Positions 24,601 through 34,531 of a stretch of DNA of 64,000 nucleotides are shown here, piece by piece. Position 1 is the first letter of the stretch, and each line of letters opens with the position of its first letter. The notes below the pieces were generated by a model. The model searched no databases and was not told the origin of the DNA. It worked only from the letters and a program-made list of their open reading frames with translations. The stretch is from the NCBI GenBank assembly GCA_951406725.2, contig OX597834.1, positions 17,298,001-17,362,000 on the forward strand, given 5' to 3'. The position numbers and the translations under genes are program-made. Origin of the DNA: Octopus vulgaris. Lineage: Eukaryota.

Positions 24601-26113
24601 TCCTTGGACGCAGATAAGGCACGTAGCTGATGATGAATATAAAGATAACACTCCATTTTGAACAAATGGCTTGCAAAAGACCTCAACACCCGCCCGAGAA
24701 AAACCGACGTCAAATTGAAAATATAATAAATGTTACTCACCCAAAGAAATGTATTCGTTTTTATTGGTTGAGTATTTTTAAAAATAAAACGTTTAATGAG
24801 AGATAATGAAGCTTGAATATAAGGCATGGATATACATAAAAACAAAGCCCAAATATATGTAACTTCCGTGTAGGATTTCGTGCTGTTGTTTGTGATGGTG
24901 GTATTGACTAAAAGCACTTCTTTGCAGTTCTGGTTGCCGGTATGAGTCTTTATATTTAAATGTTGGTTGATTTGAACGAGAGTCAGTTTGTTCAGGAAAC
25001 CAAAGAATAGCACTAACAAGCAGAGTAGACACGTAAAAAGTAACTTAAATATGATTTTAAGATATTCTACACTGGAACTGGGTGTGGTCTCCATTTCCAC
25101 ATTGCGTGACTCGAAAACATCCCAGACGACAGGACACATTCTGAAACGAAAAATTAGAAGATTAACAAGAAGGGATCACAGATATAAGCGCATAGTTCCA
25201 CAGTAGGTCTCTTGTTGAAGTATATGTTTATGTAGAATATAAAAGGCGTGGCTGTGTGGTAAGAAGCTCGCTTCCCAATCACTTGGTCTTGGGTTCAGTG
25301 TTGCAGGACACATTGGGCAAGTATCTTCTGCTATAGCCTCGGATCGATCAAGGCCTTGTGAGTGGATTTGGTAGACGGAAACTGAAAGAAGCCCATCGTG
25401 TATATTATTTATGCATGTTTTAGGGATGTCTTTGTGTCTCTTGCCATCGCTTGACAACCGATGTTTGTGTGTTTACGTTCCCGTAACTTGGCGGTTCGGC
25501 AAAAGACAAGACTAGTAGAATAAATAACAGTCTTAAAAAAAAAACTACTGAGGTCGATTCATTCGTCTAAAGATTCTTCAAGGTAGTGCCCTAGCATGTT
25601 GAAGGAGGACATTTCGAGCATCTTAGAGATTAAACATTGTCTGTTCAAGATGTGCATAAAGAATATGATTGTAAGATAGAAATTTTAATGTAATAAAATA
25701 TTTAAAAAGAAATTTAAAATGCCTACGTGATAACTGTAAACCTACTTTTGGGCCACTCTGTATTCTTCCTTAATTTCAAAATTAATTGAGATAAAGACAG
25801 TGTATTTCAACAGAAATTTAGTAAGAAAATGGTTAAAACAAGTGATTTGTTCTTAGAAATAAAAGTTTATATTCAACCTTTGCCCCCCCCCCCCCCGGTT
25901 GGGGTGGCACTCAAAGGCATGAAACAACAGTCTGTGCAATGAAAGTAAAGAATTTTTCCCTTACGATTGATCGCTTGCTTTGGAAAATACTGATTGATTA
26001 TCGTCAGACAAAGAACTCATCGATATATTTAGCCGTTTACTGTCTTTATTATCGCAATAGCTGGCAGCATTGACCACCACTGGATCGAGTTCTGCTGGAT
26101 CGTAACAAGCCAT
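2738..26113 (-). CDS. CHS: Chitin synthase (GT2), 14 coding exons, 1491 aa: join(26113-25965,25140-24741,23519-22612,21416-21317,19839-19685,18932-18853,17830-17740,16162-16009,12505-12295,11587-11387,10347-9950,6607-6207,4911-4733,3786-2738)
   Basis: Manual splicing gives 4476 nt, stop-free, with all introns GT-AG and phases consistent. Motifs: WDVF, CVTLWHE, DDAF, TPYGGRL, KRWSQVMYMY, LDGD, YQKFEYA, CSPGCFSLFR, DQGEDRW, QRRRW, SWGTRE. N- and C-terminal transmembrane blocks and a post-catalytic coiled coil are present. Confidence 0.95.
4733..4911 (-). CDS. CHS: CHS coding exon 13 (predicted coiled coil; this frame is absent from the ORF track)
   Basis: Acceptor ccacag|, donor |gtatgt; SFINAIRKCFQK...ILTRIQELESKLNKLTN...FQEI; phases 2 and 1 bridge the flanking exons exactly. 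Confidence 0.88.
5770..5965 (-). mobile_element. SINE family B copy
   Basis: Reverse complement of gagttcaaattc...gcctttcatcctttcggggtcgataaa..agtaccag seen at 37763-37990. Confidence 0.75.
6207..6607 (-). CDS. CHS: CHS coding exon 12 (TM helices, WGTRE)
   Basis: Acceptor tttcag|, donor |gtatgt; LNFAIIL...LLHPQEF...GNLHIVSWGTRE. Confidence 0.95.
6781..7182 (+). mobile_element. SINE family A, full-length (tRNA-derived; dominant family in the window)
   Basis: A-box TGGCTGTGTGG, B-box GGTTCAGTCCC, internal TA/TG microsatellite and 3' tail gactgaaacaagtaaaagag; more than 20 related copies in the window. Confidence 0.9.
7680..7956 (+). mobile_element. SINE-like family E with (GAT)n tail
   Basis: ggcgttaggaagggcatccagc...aacccgtgccagcatgga...gttaaacaatgatgatg; related copies at 9648, 45645, 51068, 55570 and 61140. 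Confidence 0.75.
7972..9634 (+). mobile_element. Non-autonomous Helitron
   Basis: 5' A|TC (tctcttattataaaag), subterminal hairpin cccg-agcaacgc-cggg at 9607-9622, 3' CTAG|T; inserted between A and T with no TSD. Confidence 0.85.
9648..9875 (+). mobile_element. SINE-like family E, 3' part
   Basis: tggcacgtaaaaagcacc...ggacgttaaacgatgatgatgat; very similar to 51068-51310. Confidence 0.8.
9950..10347 (-). CDS. CHS: CHS coding exon 11 (GEDRW, QRRRW)
   Basis: Acceptor atccag|, donor |gtaagt; GEDRWLSTLLL...EFFNQRRRWMPSTLAN...ASTDTQ. Confidence 0.97.
10500..11235 (+). mobile_element. Rearranged SINE family A: three tandem head fragments plus a separate 3' half
   Basis: ggttca.tcc...tggcaccctgggcaa.t.tcttctactata...aaagccttgtg occurs three times (10500-10850); the 3' half lies at ~11025-11235. 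Confidence 0.8.
11387..11587 (-). CDS. CHS: CHS coding exon 10 (catalytic core)
   Basis: Acceptor ttttag|, donor |gtaact; GPLIWYQKFEYAISHWLQKSAEHVMGCVLCSPGCFSLFRG...LQKDQ. Confidence 0.97.
11628..12216. repeat. Compound minisatellite (GA)n-CAGGACGAGTGAAA, about 20 units
   Basis: Directly visible; variant units carry CAGAGTCAGAACGAGTG. Fills most of a 707-bp intron. Confidence 0.95.
12295..12505 (-). CDS. CHS: CHS coding exon 9 (LDGD motif)
   Basis: Acceptor ttacag|, donor |gtaagc; VMYMYWILGYR...YLLTLDGDIEF...VGAACGRIHPVGS. Confidence 0.97.
12573..12965 (-). mobile_element. SINE family A, full-length
   Basis: Reverse complement of 6781-7182. Confidence 0.9.
13332..13753 (+). mobile_element. 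Composite SINE family B insertion (two truncated copies plus filler) with 16-bp TSD
   Basis: ggtatttgtgtgaaaa at 13316-13331 and 13754-13769. Confidence 0.8.
14878..15270 (+). mobile_element. SINE family A, near full-length
   Basis: Same head, body and tail as 6781-7182. Confidence 0.9.
16009..16162 (-). CDS. CHS: CHS coding exon 8 (TPYGGRL...KRWSQ; this frame is absent from the ORF track)
   Basis: Acceptor atccag|, donor |gtaagt; CVHNIVLRMKPPTKYDTPYGGRLEWTLPGGNLFMIHMKNKHKIRSKKRWSQ. Confidence 0.97.
16341..16660 (-). mobile_element. CR1/L2-type LINE 3' end
   Basis: RKHFFTLRVAEAWNKLPASVVSCRSTASFK matches the CR1-type C-terminal pattern HFFSxRVVxxWNxLP; short 3' UTR and (ATT)n tail. Confidence 0.8.
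17360..17581. mobile_element. piggyBac-like MITE
   Basis: TTAA|CCCTTT...AAAGGG|TTAA; same family as 63474-63694 in the opposite orientation. Confidence 0.8.
17740..17830 (-). CDS. CHS: CHS coding exon 7 (DDAF)
   Basis: Acceptor ttacag|, donor |gtatgt; AHLIIDDAFDKDGQINYFVKQLMSVMDSAL. Confidence 0.95.
18490..18815. repeat. GA-rich low-complexity tract (CT-rich on the CHS transcript)
   Basis: Directly visible. Confidence 0.85.
18853..18932 (-). CDS. CHS: CHS coding exon 6
   Basis: Acceptor tcacag|, donor |gtgaca; LDIDQCARRHARLYFDLVDPDYYTFE. Confidence 0.95.
19173..19590 (-). mobile_element. SINE family A, full-length
   Basis: Reverse complement of 6781-7182. Confidence 0.9.
19685..19839 (-). 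CDS. CHS: CHS coding exon 5 (CVTLWHE)
   Basis: Acceptor caacag|, donor |gtgagc; IRNYSRSS...KPRIFVCVTLWHESEIEMMKLLKSIF. Confidence 0.95.
20870..21100 (-). mobile_element. tRNA-derived SINE, family F
   Basis: Minus strand reads tggcttagtggttagggtg...gggttcgattcccgg...agcaaaacacttcatttcacgttg; related copies at 56730-57040 (-) and 61045-61140 (+). Confidence 0.7.
21317..21416 (-). CDS. CHS: CHS coding exon 4
   Basis: Acceptor ttccag|, donor |gtaaga; LFVKPMYCAINLEQFLFLNKRRND matches the conserved LFVxPxY...LNRRR segment. Confidence 0.93.
21705..21855 (-). mobile_element. SINE family A, 5' half, next to (GATA)n
   Basis: Reverse complement of the family A head. Confidence 0.8.
22612..23519 (-). 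CDS. CHS: CHS coding exon 3 (N-terminal TM domain)
   Basis: Acceptor ttttag|, donor |gtaaga; ESFHSIGL...SFQWWDNY...KLACRILCQ...TERLASSEK. Confidence 0.95.
24040..24636 (+). mobile_element. RTE-clade LINE 3' fragment, degenerate
   Basis: LRLVKCYIVPVALYWAETW...INAFEMCVFRRLGRMSWKDRTTNAVVL...KLSYFRH; short (TGA)n tail. Confidence 0.8.
24741..25140 (-). CDS. CHS: CHS coding exon 2 (WDVF, first TM helices)
   Basis: Acceptor tttcag|, donor |gtgagt; MCPVVWDVF...YIWALFLCISMPY...NTFLW. Confidence 0.93.
25244..25600 (+). mobile_element. SINE family A, diverged
   Basis: Similar to 6781-7182. Confidence 0.85.
25965..26113 (-). CDS. CHS: CHS coding exon 1 (putative ATG; exon acceptor lies 13 nt upstream, exon starts 26126)
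   Basis: ttgtag|gaacggaagtAAAATGG has a good Kozak context; MACYDPAELDPVVVNAAS...KASDQ; donor |gtaagg, phase 2 fits exon 2. Confidence 0.82.
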
Positions 26114-27932
26114 TTTACTTCCGTTCCTACAATGAAAAGAAATTAAGGATGCAAATTCAGTGTGCTGTCCACCAAGCTGTTTATACTTTAGCGTGCAGTT
26201 TAACCCTAACCTAGATCTGGTTTTTTCGCAGCACAGACTACCGATACGGTAAAATAGTGTTTAATTAAGATAGACACGCTTTAAAAAAACCCCAAAATAC
26301 ACACGCACGAATTCTACATTCTGTGGTGGTCTTTCTTCGAAAGTACGTTCACATTTCACTAAGTACCAATACATAAAACTATTATCCAACACGCTCCTGT
26401 TGAGTGTTTTGTTTTCATATATATACTATAAAAAAAGCTGAACCAATCCCTCCACAGATTACAAAACAAGTCTCTATAGGTTTTTTTTTTTCTAAATGGT
26501 TAAAAAAATTTGGAAAGCGATAGGTTTCCTTAAGACATTTCGAAATGTTCCAGTTGTGTACTTGAATAGTCATCTACAAATATCTACAGGTTTCCCTTCT
26601 ATCAGTACAGACAGTTGGTGTTCGACAAAGTAAAACAAAGGTCGTTAGATCTTGCCTCCTTCGCATCTCTGCGCTGTTTATGATGAGTTTGCAAATGTAC
26701 GTTTATAGTTATTTGGGAATTAAAAAAAAAAAAAAATCTCGCAAAACTGTCCATCAATTCTAGTCAGAAGTTTTTCTGTTCTGTAATATTTAGAGCAGTG
26801 TTTGTCGAGGTGGAGCCTGGGTAGCTTCAGAATGCAGCGTAAGTAACAAGCGAATAAAATCTGATATTTATAATTTGGGAAAATAATTTCCAAATCAATC
26901 AGGTTCAGCATTATATGCATCTACACATCGTACCTTGGGGTCTTATTTATCATATATTTATCTACAAATACACAAAGTATCTGATAAAAGTCAATATTCG
27001 TTCAATTTTCTTTGGATGGGGGTAATCGATATGCGGGTATTCTGTTTCAGATAATACAAAAAAATAACCTAATGAATCCACCCGAAAGTAAACTCATGGT
27101 ATCAGTTTGCACATCACGAAATAATACTTAAAGGATAGGATCTTTTCCTTTTGAACGGCAGACAATTTCTAGTTAACTAAACACTTTAAAACTTCGTATA
27201 CTGGTAGAATGTGTCAAAATAAAACATTTTTTTCTCTTGGCTTTCTTGAGAAAATTGTAATTTGTTTGTTTAACGTAGTTTAATTTTTCGAATTTTAACC
27301 AATCCTATGCTCTCTTTTGAGCAGCAGAGTATATATTATACTTCATTAATTATCCCCTACTTTAGTTAATATTTAAATTTATCAAAAATGAAGGAACTAC
27401 AATTTACTATATTTTGTACATACGAGTATACCAGCCTGCGAGTGCAATTGTGCCCGTGTCGGGTATCAAGTCCACTAACCTATCATATTTTAGACATAAA
27501 ATATGCGCCACGAGTCGTTTCCCAAGACTACACTGACAGGAAGCGTCAAGAGGAAGAGAAAAAGACGTTCGTGAACTGAAAAAGACGTTCGTGAACTGAA
27601 TAAGGGTTTCCTTACACCTGTTTTAAATATAAGAGCGACAATAGCTTAACATGAAGGACATTTGTATTTAAAAAATGTCAAATGGAAACAATGTTTTTTT
27701 GGGGGTTTTTTTTTCCGGAGAATTAAACGATCCAAATTAAAAGAAATTATCAAATTGTAAACTTTAAAGCAAATCCTCTATTTTTCAACGTGTTTTAATT
27801 GTGAGAATTTGTTAATTGCGTTTTTTTTAAAAATACAGGTTCGTAAAGATATTTCACTATTTTAGAAGACTATAATTATAGATTCTAACACCATATTATT
27901 ATCATTATTATTATTATCAAAAACAGTTGTAT

Positions 27933-28006
27933 ACTTACACGTAGCATTACCAGCTTAAAGATTATTAGAAATGGTATCTTTATTACGATCATGATGATCT
28001 TATATA
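27933..28006 (-). promoter_or_regulatory. Candidate CHS core promoter and short non-coding first exon
   Basis: Minus strand: TATATAAG (28006-27999), Inr-like CCATTTC (A at 27972), then a GTAAGT donor at 27938-27933. Confidence 0.35.
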
Positions 28007-29146
28007 GAATGGGACAATACAGGACAAACAAAAGACAAAAAATGTTACATGAGTTCGAATGATTTAAATATTAAAAATTTACTTTAAAAGTATTTTATAT
28101 ACCGATTCAATTTTCCTTTAACTAGAACTTTTTAAAAATAAAACTAAATCTAAGAAAGAAAAACGAACACAAAGGTTAAAGGATCGAACCCGGCAGCCTA
28201 TAAAAGCCCAGCAACGATCTTTTCCTTTCATCAATGATTAAGCTGGGTTACTAACACCCACCTTTCTCATCACATCCTTCCATCGTTTCTCGTATTCTCT
28301 CGGTGGCAGGGACCTCCTCTCCAACCCCATCAGCTTAAAGATTATTAGAAATAAGTTTAGAATGTCAAAATGGGAATAAAAACGTAATTAATATTCTAAT
28401 TACTATATTTTGACCAATGAAATGTGTAATAACGAGAACATAAAGTTATTCCAAGATGAAATTTTATATTATTATTCAAGAGCAATATTTGTTTAATGAG
28501 AAGAACGGTAACATTCCTATATTCCGAACTCTTTTGAATGAGGAATTATTTCTTGCTATTTTCAAAATGTTTTCTTATCTCGAAGCATTATCAAACAATT
28601 ACTTTTACGATGTCTTGTCGTTCAAGACGTAAAATTAGAACTTTATCTCCTAACAAAGGAAAATTTATTAACTGTTATTAATAGAGTAAAACTACAATAT
28701 CTGAACTGTAAACTTTAACTCAATTTCCCGTCTGGTACATTTTAAATTCGTAATGTTAACTGAGATTTTAATTTTCCTAATTTTATTTAAAAGACTTCAC
28801 CAGATCGGGGTTTCGATTCCTGGGCCGGGTGATTCATGGTTTCGATTCATGGGCCGGGTGATCCATGGTGTTTTTTGAGCAAGAGGCTTCATTTTCCATT
28901 ACTCTAGTCCACTCAGCTGTAACTGCAGAGATAATGTGATTTCGGTTGGCCCGAAGCTATAGTAGAAGACATTTGTCCGAGGTGCCATGCCGTGGGACTG
29001 AACCCGGAACCGTGTGATTGGTAAAGCAAGATTCTTACCACATATCCATACTTGCGCCTGAACATTTATGACATTTTCAATAACAGAATGGCGAAATCAG
29101 AAACAGCGTTCGACAACTATTAGAAACGTGGAATACTACTCAACAA

Positions 29147-29424
29147 AATAGTTCCCAAAGTGGATGGTATTGTCCCCTGGGGTGGTGGAATGCTCCAAGG
29201 CGGCGTTGAAGAAAAGCGAGGTGATAATTGGGTAGCGATTCATGTATAAAAACAACAAAACAATGGGTTCTTTATGTCAAGTTTTATTTGTGAAATACAG
29301 TTGCTTTGAATTTGCTCCAGAAAGGGGTCTATGTTTGTGATAGTTAGTTGGTGGAGTGGTGGTGCTAGGAATGTGACCTGGGCGTCAAGTGGGGTGGCAG
29401 CCCGAAAAAGTTTGGGAACCACTG
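29147..29424. mobile_element. hAT-like MITE
   Basis: Ends tagttcccaaagt...agtttgggaaccactg; interior matches 59867-60105 in the opposite orientation. Confidence 0.7.
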
Positions 29425-30475
29425 TGTTATAAGATTTAGCGACCAGAGACAACTGATCATTCAGTAAGAAACCCGCTCCTACTTTAATCCTTTGCCTGTC
29501 GGTTGTACCGCATTTGGTACACAGGACATATTTCCTTGGCGTCCATGCGTCGTATATGCTTCGCATCTCCAATTTTTATTTCAATTGTTGGAGTACCTGG
29601 CCTTCTGCCACAATGTAAAGCCAATAATTTACTTTATAAACGGTTTAGTTTGTCCCTTTCATAGGAATGATCTTTGTCGTTGTTTTGGCTCCAATCTAGT
29701 GCTGAACGAGTAGACATATACTCAAAGATAGCTTGTCACTTTTTGGACGTATTGTACATAAAATCACATCCACTTGTGTGTGTGTGTGTGTTTAAAGACC
29801 GTGCAATTTGAGGGAGATTTAGTTGTTATTTCTAACAAATCAAGTAACAGCACAAAGGCGCCCCTCAGCTCAAGTTCGTAATTTTGATATCAGCATTAGT
29901 ACTACTGTTAAGAGTAATCTCCCTTCTTCCATGGATTCTATTGCATTATTTTGAAATGAGTCAGAGTTAAGCTACTTTCTTGTTGTTGTTTAACCCCAGA
30001 CTACGTATGATTAAAGGCGTACCAGCCTAGATGATTCTGTCTTTTATTTTTTCAATTACATTGTCCAATATATTATTAAGAAGACGACAGGGTATAACTT
30101 GACAGTTATTTAGCAACTATTTCTCGCAGATCGAGCGATACATTGTCCTGTGGTATTTTCAGCTTCCATCCAGCAGACCAATGATCAAAATAACTCCAAC
30201 CGTGAGCCTCTCCTTTTTAGGACATAGTATATCTATGATTCCTTCGCTCGTTCTGTAACCTGAGTTAGAGCTGCATTGCCGAGTGATATTCAAAAGATTG
30301 CAAAAGGCCACTCGGGAGTGAGTCCTCCGTGGCGATGCGAAGACGGTTTAGTTAAACGGTTTGAGTCACGATGAAACAGAGAGGTGTAATCAAGTGAGAG
30401 TTGGAAGGGCATTACAATAACTTGTGTGTAACTATATCGGAAAGTCTGGTCGATTCAGTGTTGTTGGTGATTACA

Positions 30476-30850
30476 GTGGAGGCGCAATGGCCCAGTGGTT
30501 AGGGCAGCGGACTCGCGGTTTCGATTCCCAGACCGGGCGTTGTGAGTGTTTATTGAGCGAAAACACCTAAAGCAGCACGAGGCTCCGGCAGGGGATGGTG
30601 GTGATCCCTGCTGTACTCTTTCACCACAACTTTCTCTCACTCTTACTTCCTGTTTATGTTGTACCTGTATTTCAAGGGGCCGGCCTTGTCACTCTCTGTG
30701 TCACGCTGAATATCCCCGAGAACTACGTTAAGGGTACGCGTGTCTGTGGAGTGCTCAGCCACTTACACGTTAATTTCACGAGCAGGCTGTTCCGTTGATT
30801 CGGATCAACAGGAACCCTCGTCGTCGTAACCGACGGAGTGCTTCCATCTA
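30476..30850 (+). mobile_element. tRNA-derived SINE family C with 12-bp TSD
   Basis: A-box TGGCCCAGTGG, B-box GTTTCGATTCC; TSD ttggtgattaca at 30464-30475 and 30851-30862. Confidence 0.9.
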
Positions 30851-31386
30851 TTGGTGATTACAATATCCAATGTGTCCTGTTATTATGGCTTCAAGCTAAA
30901 ACTGAAACTTGCTCGTGAGATCATCCAGTGCAGTATATAGTGTTCGCTTTGTGGAATATATTAGTTTGCTGTGGGGAGGAGAATTCACATGTTTCGAGCA
31001 GAGTTTTGTGGGATGGAGGGAGTGGTAGAGTGAGAGAGATGATTACTATAGGCACGAGGGACTGAAGTTTGGTTAAGATATCCACTTTGCAACTACATGG
31101 TTTTGTGTTCAGTCCTTTTACGCGGCATCTAGAGTAAATGTCTTCTACTATAGCCCCGCGCCGATATATATATACATATATATTATCTAAAGTGTACCGT
31201 ATTATATATTTATCACGGCTGCTCTTACCAATCGTTATACTTGGGATAATATACCCACTCTATTGACAGAGATACAAGTGCATCTTTTTCCTGACCTATG
31301 GACTTTTAGATGACTTACGCACGTTATATATATATATGGCGATTTTTTCCTCCGTCTTCCCTTCTCTGGATCTTTCCTTTTCCTAT

Positions 31387-31421
31387 GTTTCCGACGAAGA
31401 GCTCCGCTCGAAACGTAAAAC
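31387..31421 (+). ncRNA. Minimal hammerhead ribozyme-like motif (U4C variant) in a Penelope-like pLTR fragment
   Basis: gttt-CCGACGA-a-gagc tcc gctc-GAAAC-GTA-aaac; same family as 57469-57503. Confidence 0.55.
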
Positions 31422-31899
31422 CCTCCTTCTTTCCTAAGCGTCCAATAATACTATATTTGTTCAAAAATTGTGAAGCATGACTGTCAACACTACTACATGA
31501 ACCCGAAGATTGCAGAATTCAATGCATGAAAGTACTAGTTCAATCAGAATGAATATTTAACATTCTACTATTTCATTTTATTTTATTCAATTATAATATA
31601 TTATCTTATAATATATCATTATAAGATTGTAAATAAAACGTGAAAATCAGACAAGGTTGGAATTCCTTTTATTAATATATATATAGTTGTGTGTATTTGT
31701 GTTTGTCCCCACCATCACTCATCTCTTGAACCCGCATTAATTTGTTTCCGGCCCAGTAACTTAATGGTTCAGCAAAAGAAACCGAAAGAATAAGTTTCAG
31801 ACTTAAAGACTTTTGTCATTGGACAGGGGTTGACTTCTTCGACTAAATCCTTCAAGGCAACGTGGCTGCAGTCCAATGACTGAACCAAATAAATGATAG

Positions 31900-33335
31900 A
31901 GTCCCTGGTGGACTTAGGTGCATGGATCACGCGGAGACCCAAGTTGGGGGATTGGCGGGAGGAGTGCAGACAAGCACTATCCCTCTCCTCCGGGTGAGCA
32001 ATGCTAGCAGTAGGGTTACCACAGCGGATTTTTATAGCGGGTTGGTAGAGCTTAAATCCGACTATGTCCTGGGGGAGACTCTGGGTTTCGATGAGAAGCA
32101 GCTAACCGACCTGTTCGGGAGGACTTTCGGGTCGAGATTTCTGGATAACTACCAGAAATCTTTGACTGGCTATGCTACCGATTGGCTTTACCTATTTCTT
32201 TACTACCCACAAGGGGCTAAACACAGAAGAGACAGACAAACGGATTAAGTCGATTTTACCGACCCCAGTGAATAACTAGTACTTATTTAATCGACCCCGA
32301 AAGGATGAAAGGCAAAGTCGACCTCGGCGGAATTTGAACTCGGAACGTAACGGCAGACGAAATACGGCTACGCATTTCGCTCGGGGTGCTAACGTTTCTG
32401 CCAACTCGCCGATTGGCTTTACCGGTTCGAGAAAGGTTGTCAAGGCATGGTACTGACATCCCCCCCCCCACGTGACCGAGGTACGGGCGTGCCTGTGAAA
32501 CGGTTACGCACGCCTTCGTTCACTGTGAGGAGTTGAGGGAGTTGATGGCCTTTGCCGAACAGCTGTTGTCGGATGCGGAAAGAGTACGACTCGCGTCCGA
32601 GTTCATGATAAAGATTGTACCACCTTCCTCTTTCGCCAAAGAAAAGAAAAAGCCAATCGGTAGCACAGCCAGGTCAAAGATTTCTGGTAGTTATCCAGAA
32701 ATCTCGACCCGAAAGTCCTCCCGAACAGGTCGGTTAGCTGCTTCTCATCGAAACCCAGAGTCTCCCCCAGGACATCGTCGGATTTAGGCTCTACCAACCC
32801 GCTGTGGTAACCCTACTGCTAGCATTGCTCACCAGAGAGGAGAAGGATAGTGCTTTTCTCTGCGTAGTAACCATACTGAAAGATGTGGTACGGAAGACGC
32901 GAGCAAAAGGGATTGCGACAGGTCAATTCATCTCCGGACGTGGGCTGGTGAATTACTTCGCTGCCCACCTGTCCAGCAAGATCCGTCTGGAGAGGAGGAG
33001 CCTGCCGCAAAGAGAGTTTGGAAAAAGATGGACGACAGTGGTGGGAAAGATGAGAATGCAAGAGGCTGTGCTTGCACGGTCGGTCGGAGCATAAAAAGAA
33101 GGAAAAAATTTAACAAAAAGTGATAACTAACCTGCGGGTTAACTCACTAACCCGGACCCAAAACTCACCCGATCATCGTTTATATTTATATTTTTAACCC
33201 TCATTCACAATATATGTAAATCCATCCGGTTTTTTACACTGTATGTTAGAAGCGAGATTGTACCTTGAATGTCCCTTATATGTCCTTATAATGTCCCCAA
33301 TATGTAAAACCTTAATAGGTTAATAAAGAAATATT
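31900..33335 (+). mobile_element. Tx1/L1-clade LINE ORF2 C-terminal fragment (zf-RVT region), disrupted
   Basis: YQKSLTWLCYRLALPVRERLSRHG...ETVTHAFVHCEEL...HLSSKIRLER...EFGKRW; AATAAA near 33322; interrupted by a SINE and an inverted duplication. Confidence 0.75.
32193..32408 (-). mobile_element. SINE family B with 15-bp TSD, inserted in the LINE
   Basis: ccgattggctttacc at 32178-32192 and 32409-32423. Confidence 0.9.
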
Positions 33336-33357
33336 TATGGTCTGTATACTTCTTCAA

Positions 33358-33672
33358 ATGGAGGCATATGGCCTAGTGGTTAGAGCAGCGGATTCGCGGT
33401 CGAGAGATTGCGAGTTCGAATCTCAGACCGGACGATATGTGTATTTATGAGCGAAACACCTAAGCTCCACGCGGCTCCGGCAGAAGGTAATGGCGAACTT
33501 CTGCTGATTCTTTCGCCACAACTTTCTTTCACTCTTTCCTCCTCCATCTTGCAGCTCACCTGCGATGGACCGGCGTCCCGTGCAGGTGGGGAACCTATAC
33601 GCCAAGGAAACCGGGAAACCGGCCCTATGTTCCACAAGGGGCAAAAAAGGATTAAGAAGAAGAAGAAGAGGA
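33358..33672 (+). mobile_element. tRNA-derived SINE family D ((AAG)n tail; head related to family C) with 12-bp TSD
   Basis: TGGCCTAGTGG...GAGTTCGAATC; TSD atacttcttcaa at 33346-33357 and 33673-33684. Confidence 0.88.
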
Positions 33673-33726
33673 ATACTTCTTCAAGATGTGTGCCATTGTT
33701 AGAAATGAATATATATTAAGAATAGA

Positions 33727-33935
33727 GCGGCAAGCTGGCAGAATCGTTTGCACGCCGGGCAAAATTCTTAGCGACATTTCGTCCGTCCTTACGTTATGAG
33801 TTCAAATTTCGCCGCGGTTGATTTTGCCTTACATCCTTTCAGGATCGATTAAATAGGTGCCAGTTGATTACTGGAGTCGATGTAATCGACTTATCGTCTC
33901 CCTGAAATTACTGGTCTTGTACCAAAATCTAAAAC
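33727..33935 (+). mobile_element. SINE family B copy
   Basis: gcggcaagctggcagaatcg...gagttcaaatt...gccttacatcctttc. Confidence 0.8.
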
Positions 33936-34017
33936 CAATATATATTAAGAATAATACGAAAACGAAAATCGTTTTCCACGTTCTTTTAGAATTTATGGCT
34001 TCAGAAAACGAACAAAA

Positions 34018-34472
34018 ATTTAATGTCATCCCAACACTTACATACTCCTTTCCCTGCTTATTTTGTTTCCTCATAATTTTTAGAAACATGGATATTTTTC
34101 AATGAAAATTTCACCAAATACCTTTCAGATGGTATTGATTATGATTATATCGGAATTTAATGCGAAAAAAAGTTTCAGAGGAGAGGAGTTTCGGATAATT
34201 TACTTAAGTTGACTTTGCTTCCTCGAAACTTTCAGAAAATATGGGCATTTTTCAATGAAGTTTTCTGCAAGTAGCTTTTAGTTAGTGTAGATTACGATTT
34301 GTAGCGAATCTTGACCGTTACAGATTATATCGGAAGTTTAAGCGAAAAAAAAAAAAAAGTTGGGCGTGCATACATACATATTGACATATCATACAAACTT
34401 TTCCAAATTTCAATTTTCATTTTGGTTGTATATTTGTGATGTTAGTATGTATGAGTGAGCGTCACACCCACA

Positions 34473-34531
<59 letters not shown>

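Noticed and set aside
30476-30540. tRNA-like sequences, also at 33358, 39731, 21030 and 6785
   Set aside because: SINE heads with bodies, tails and in several cases TSDs; no complete cloverleaf or terminator.
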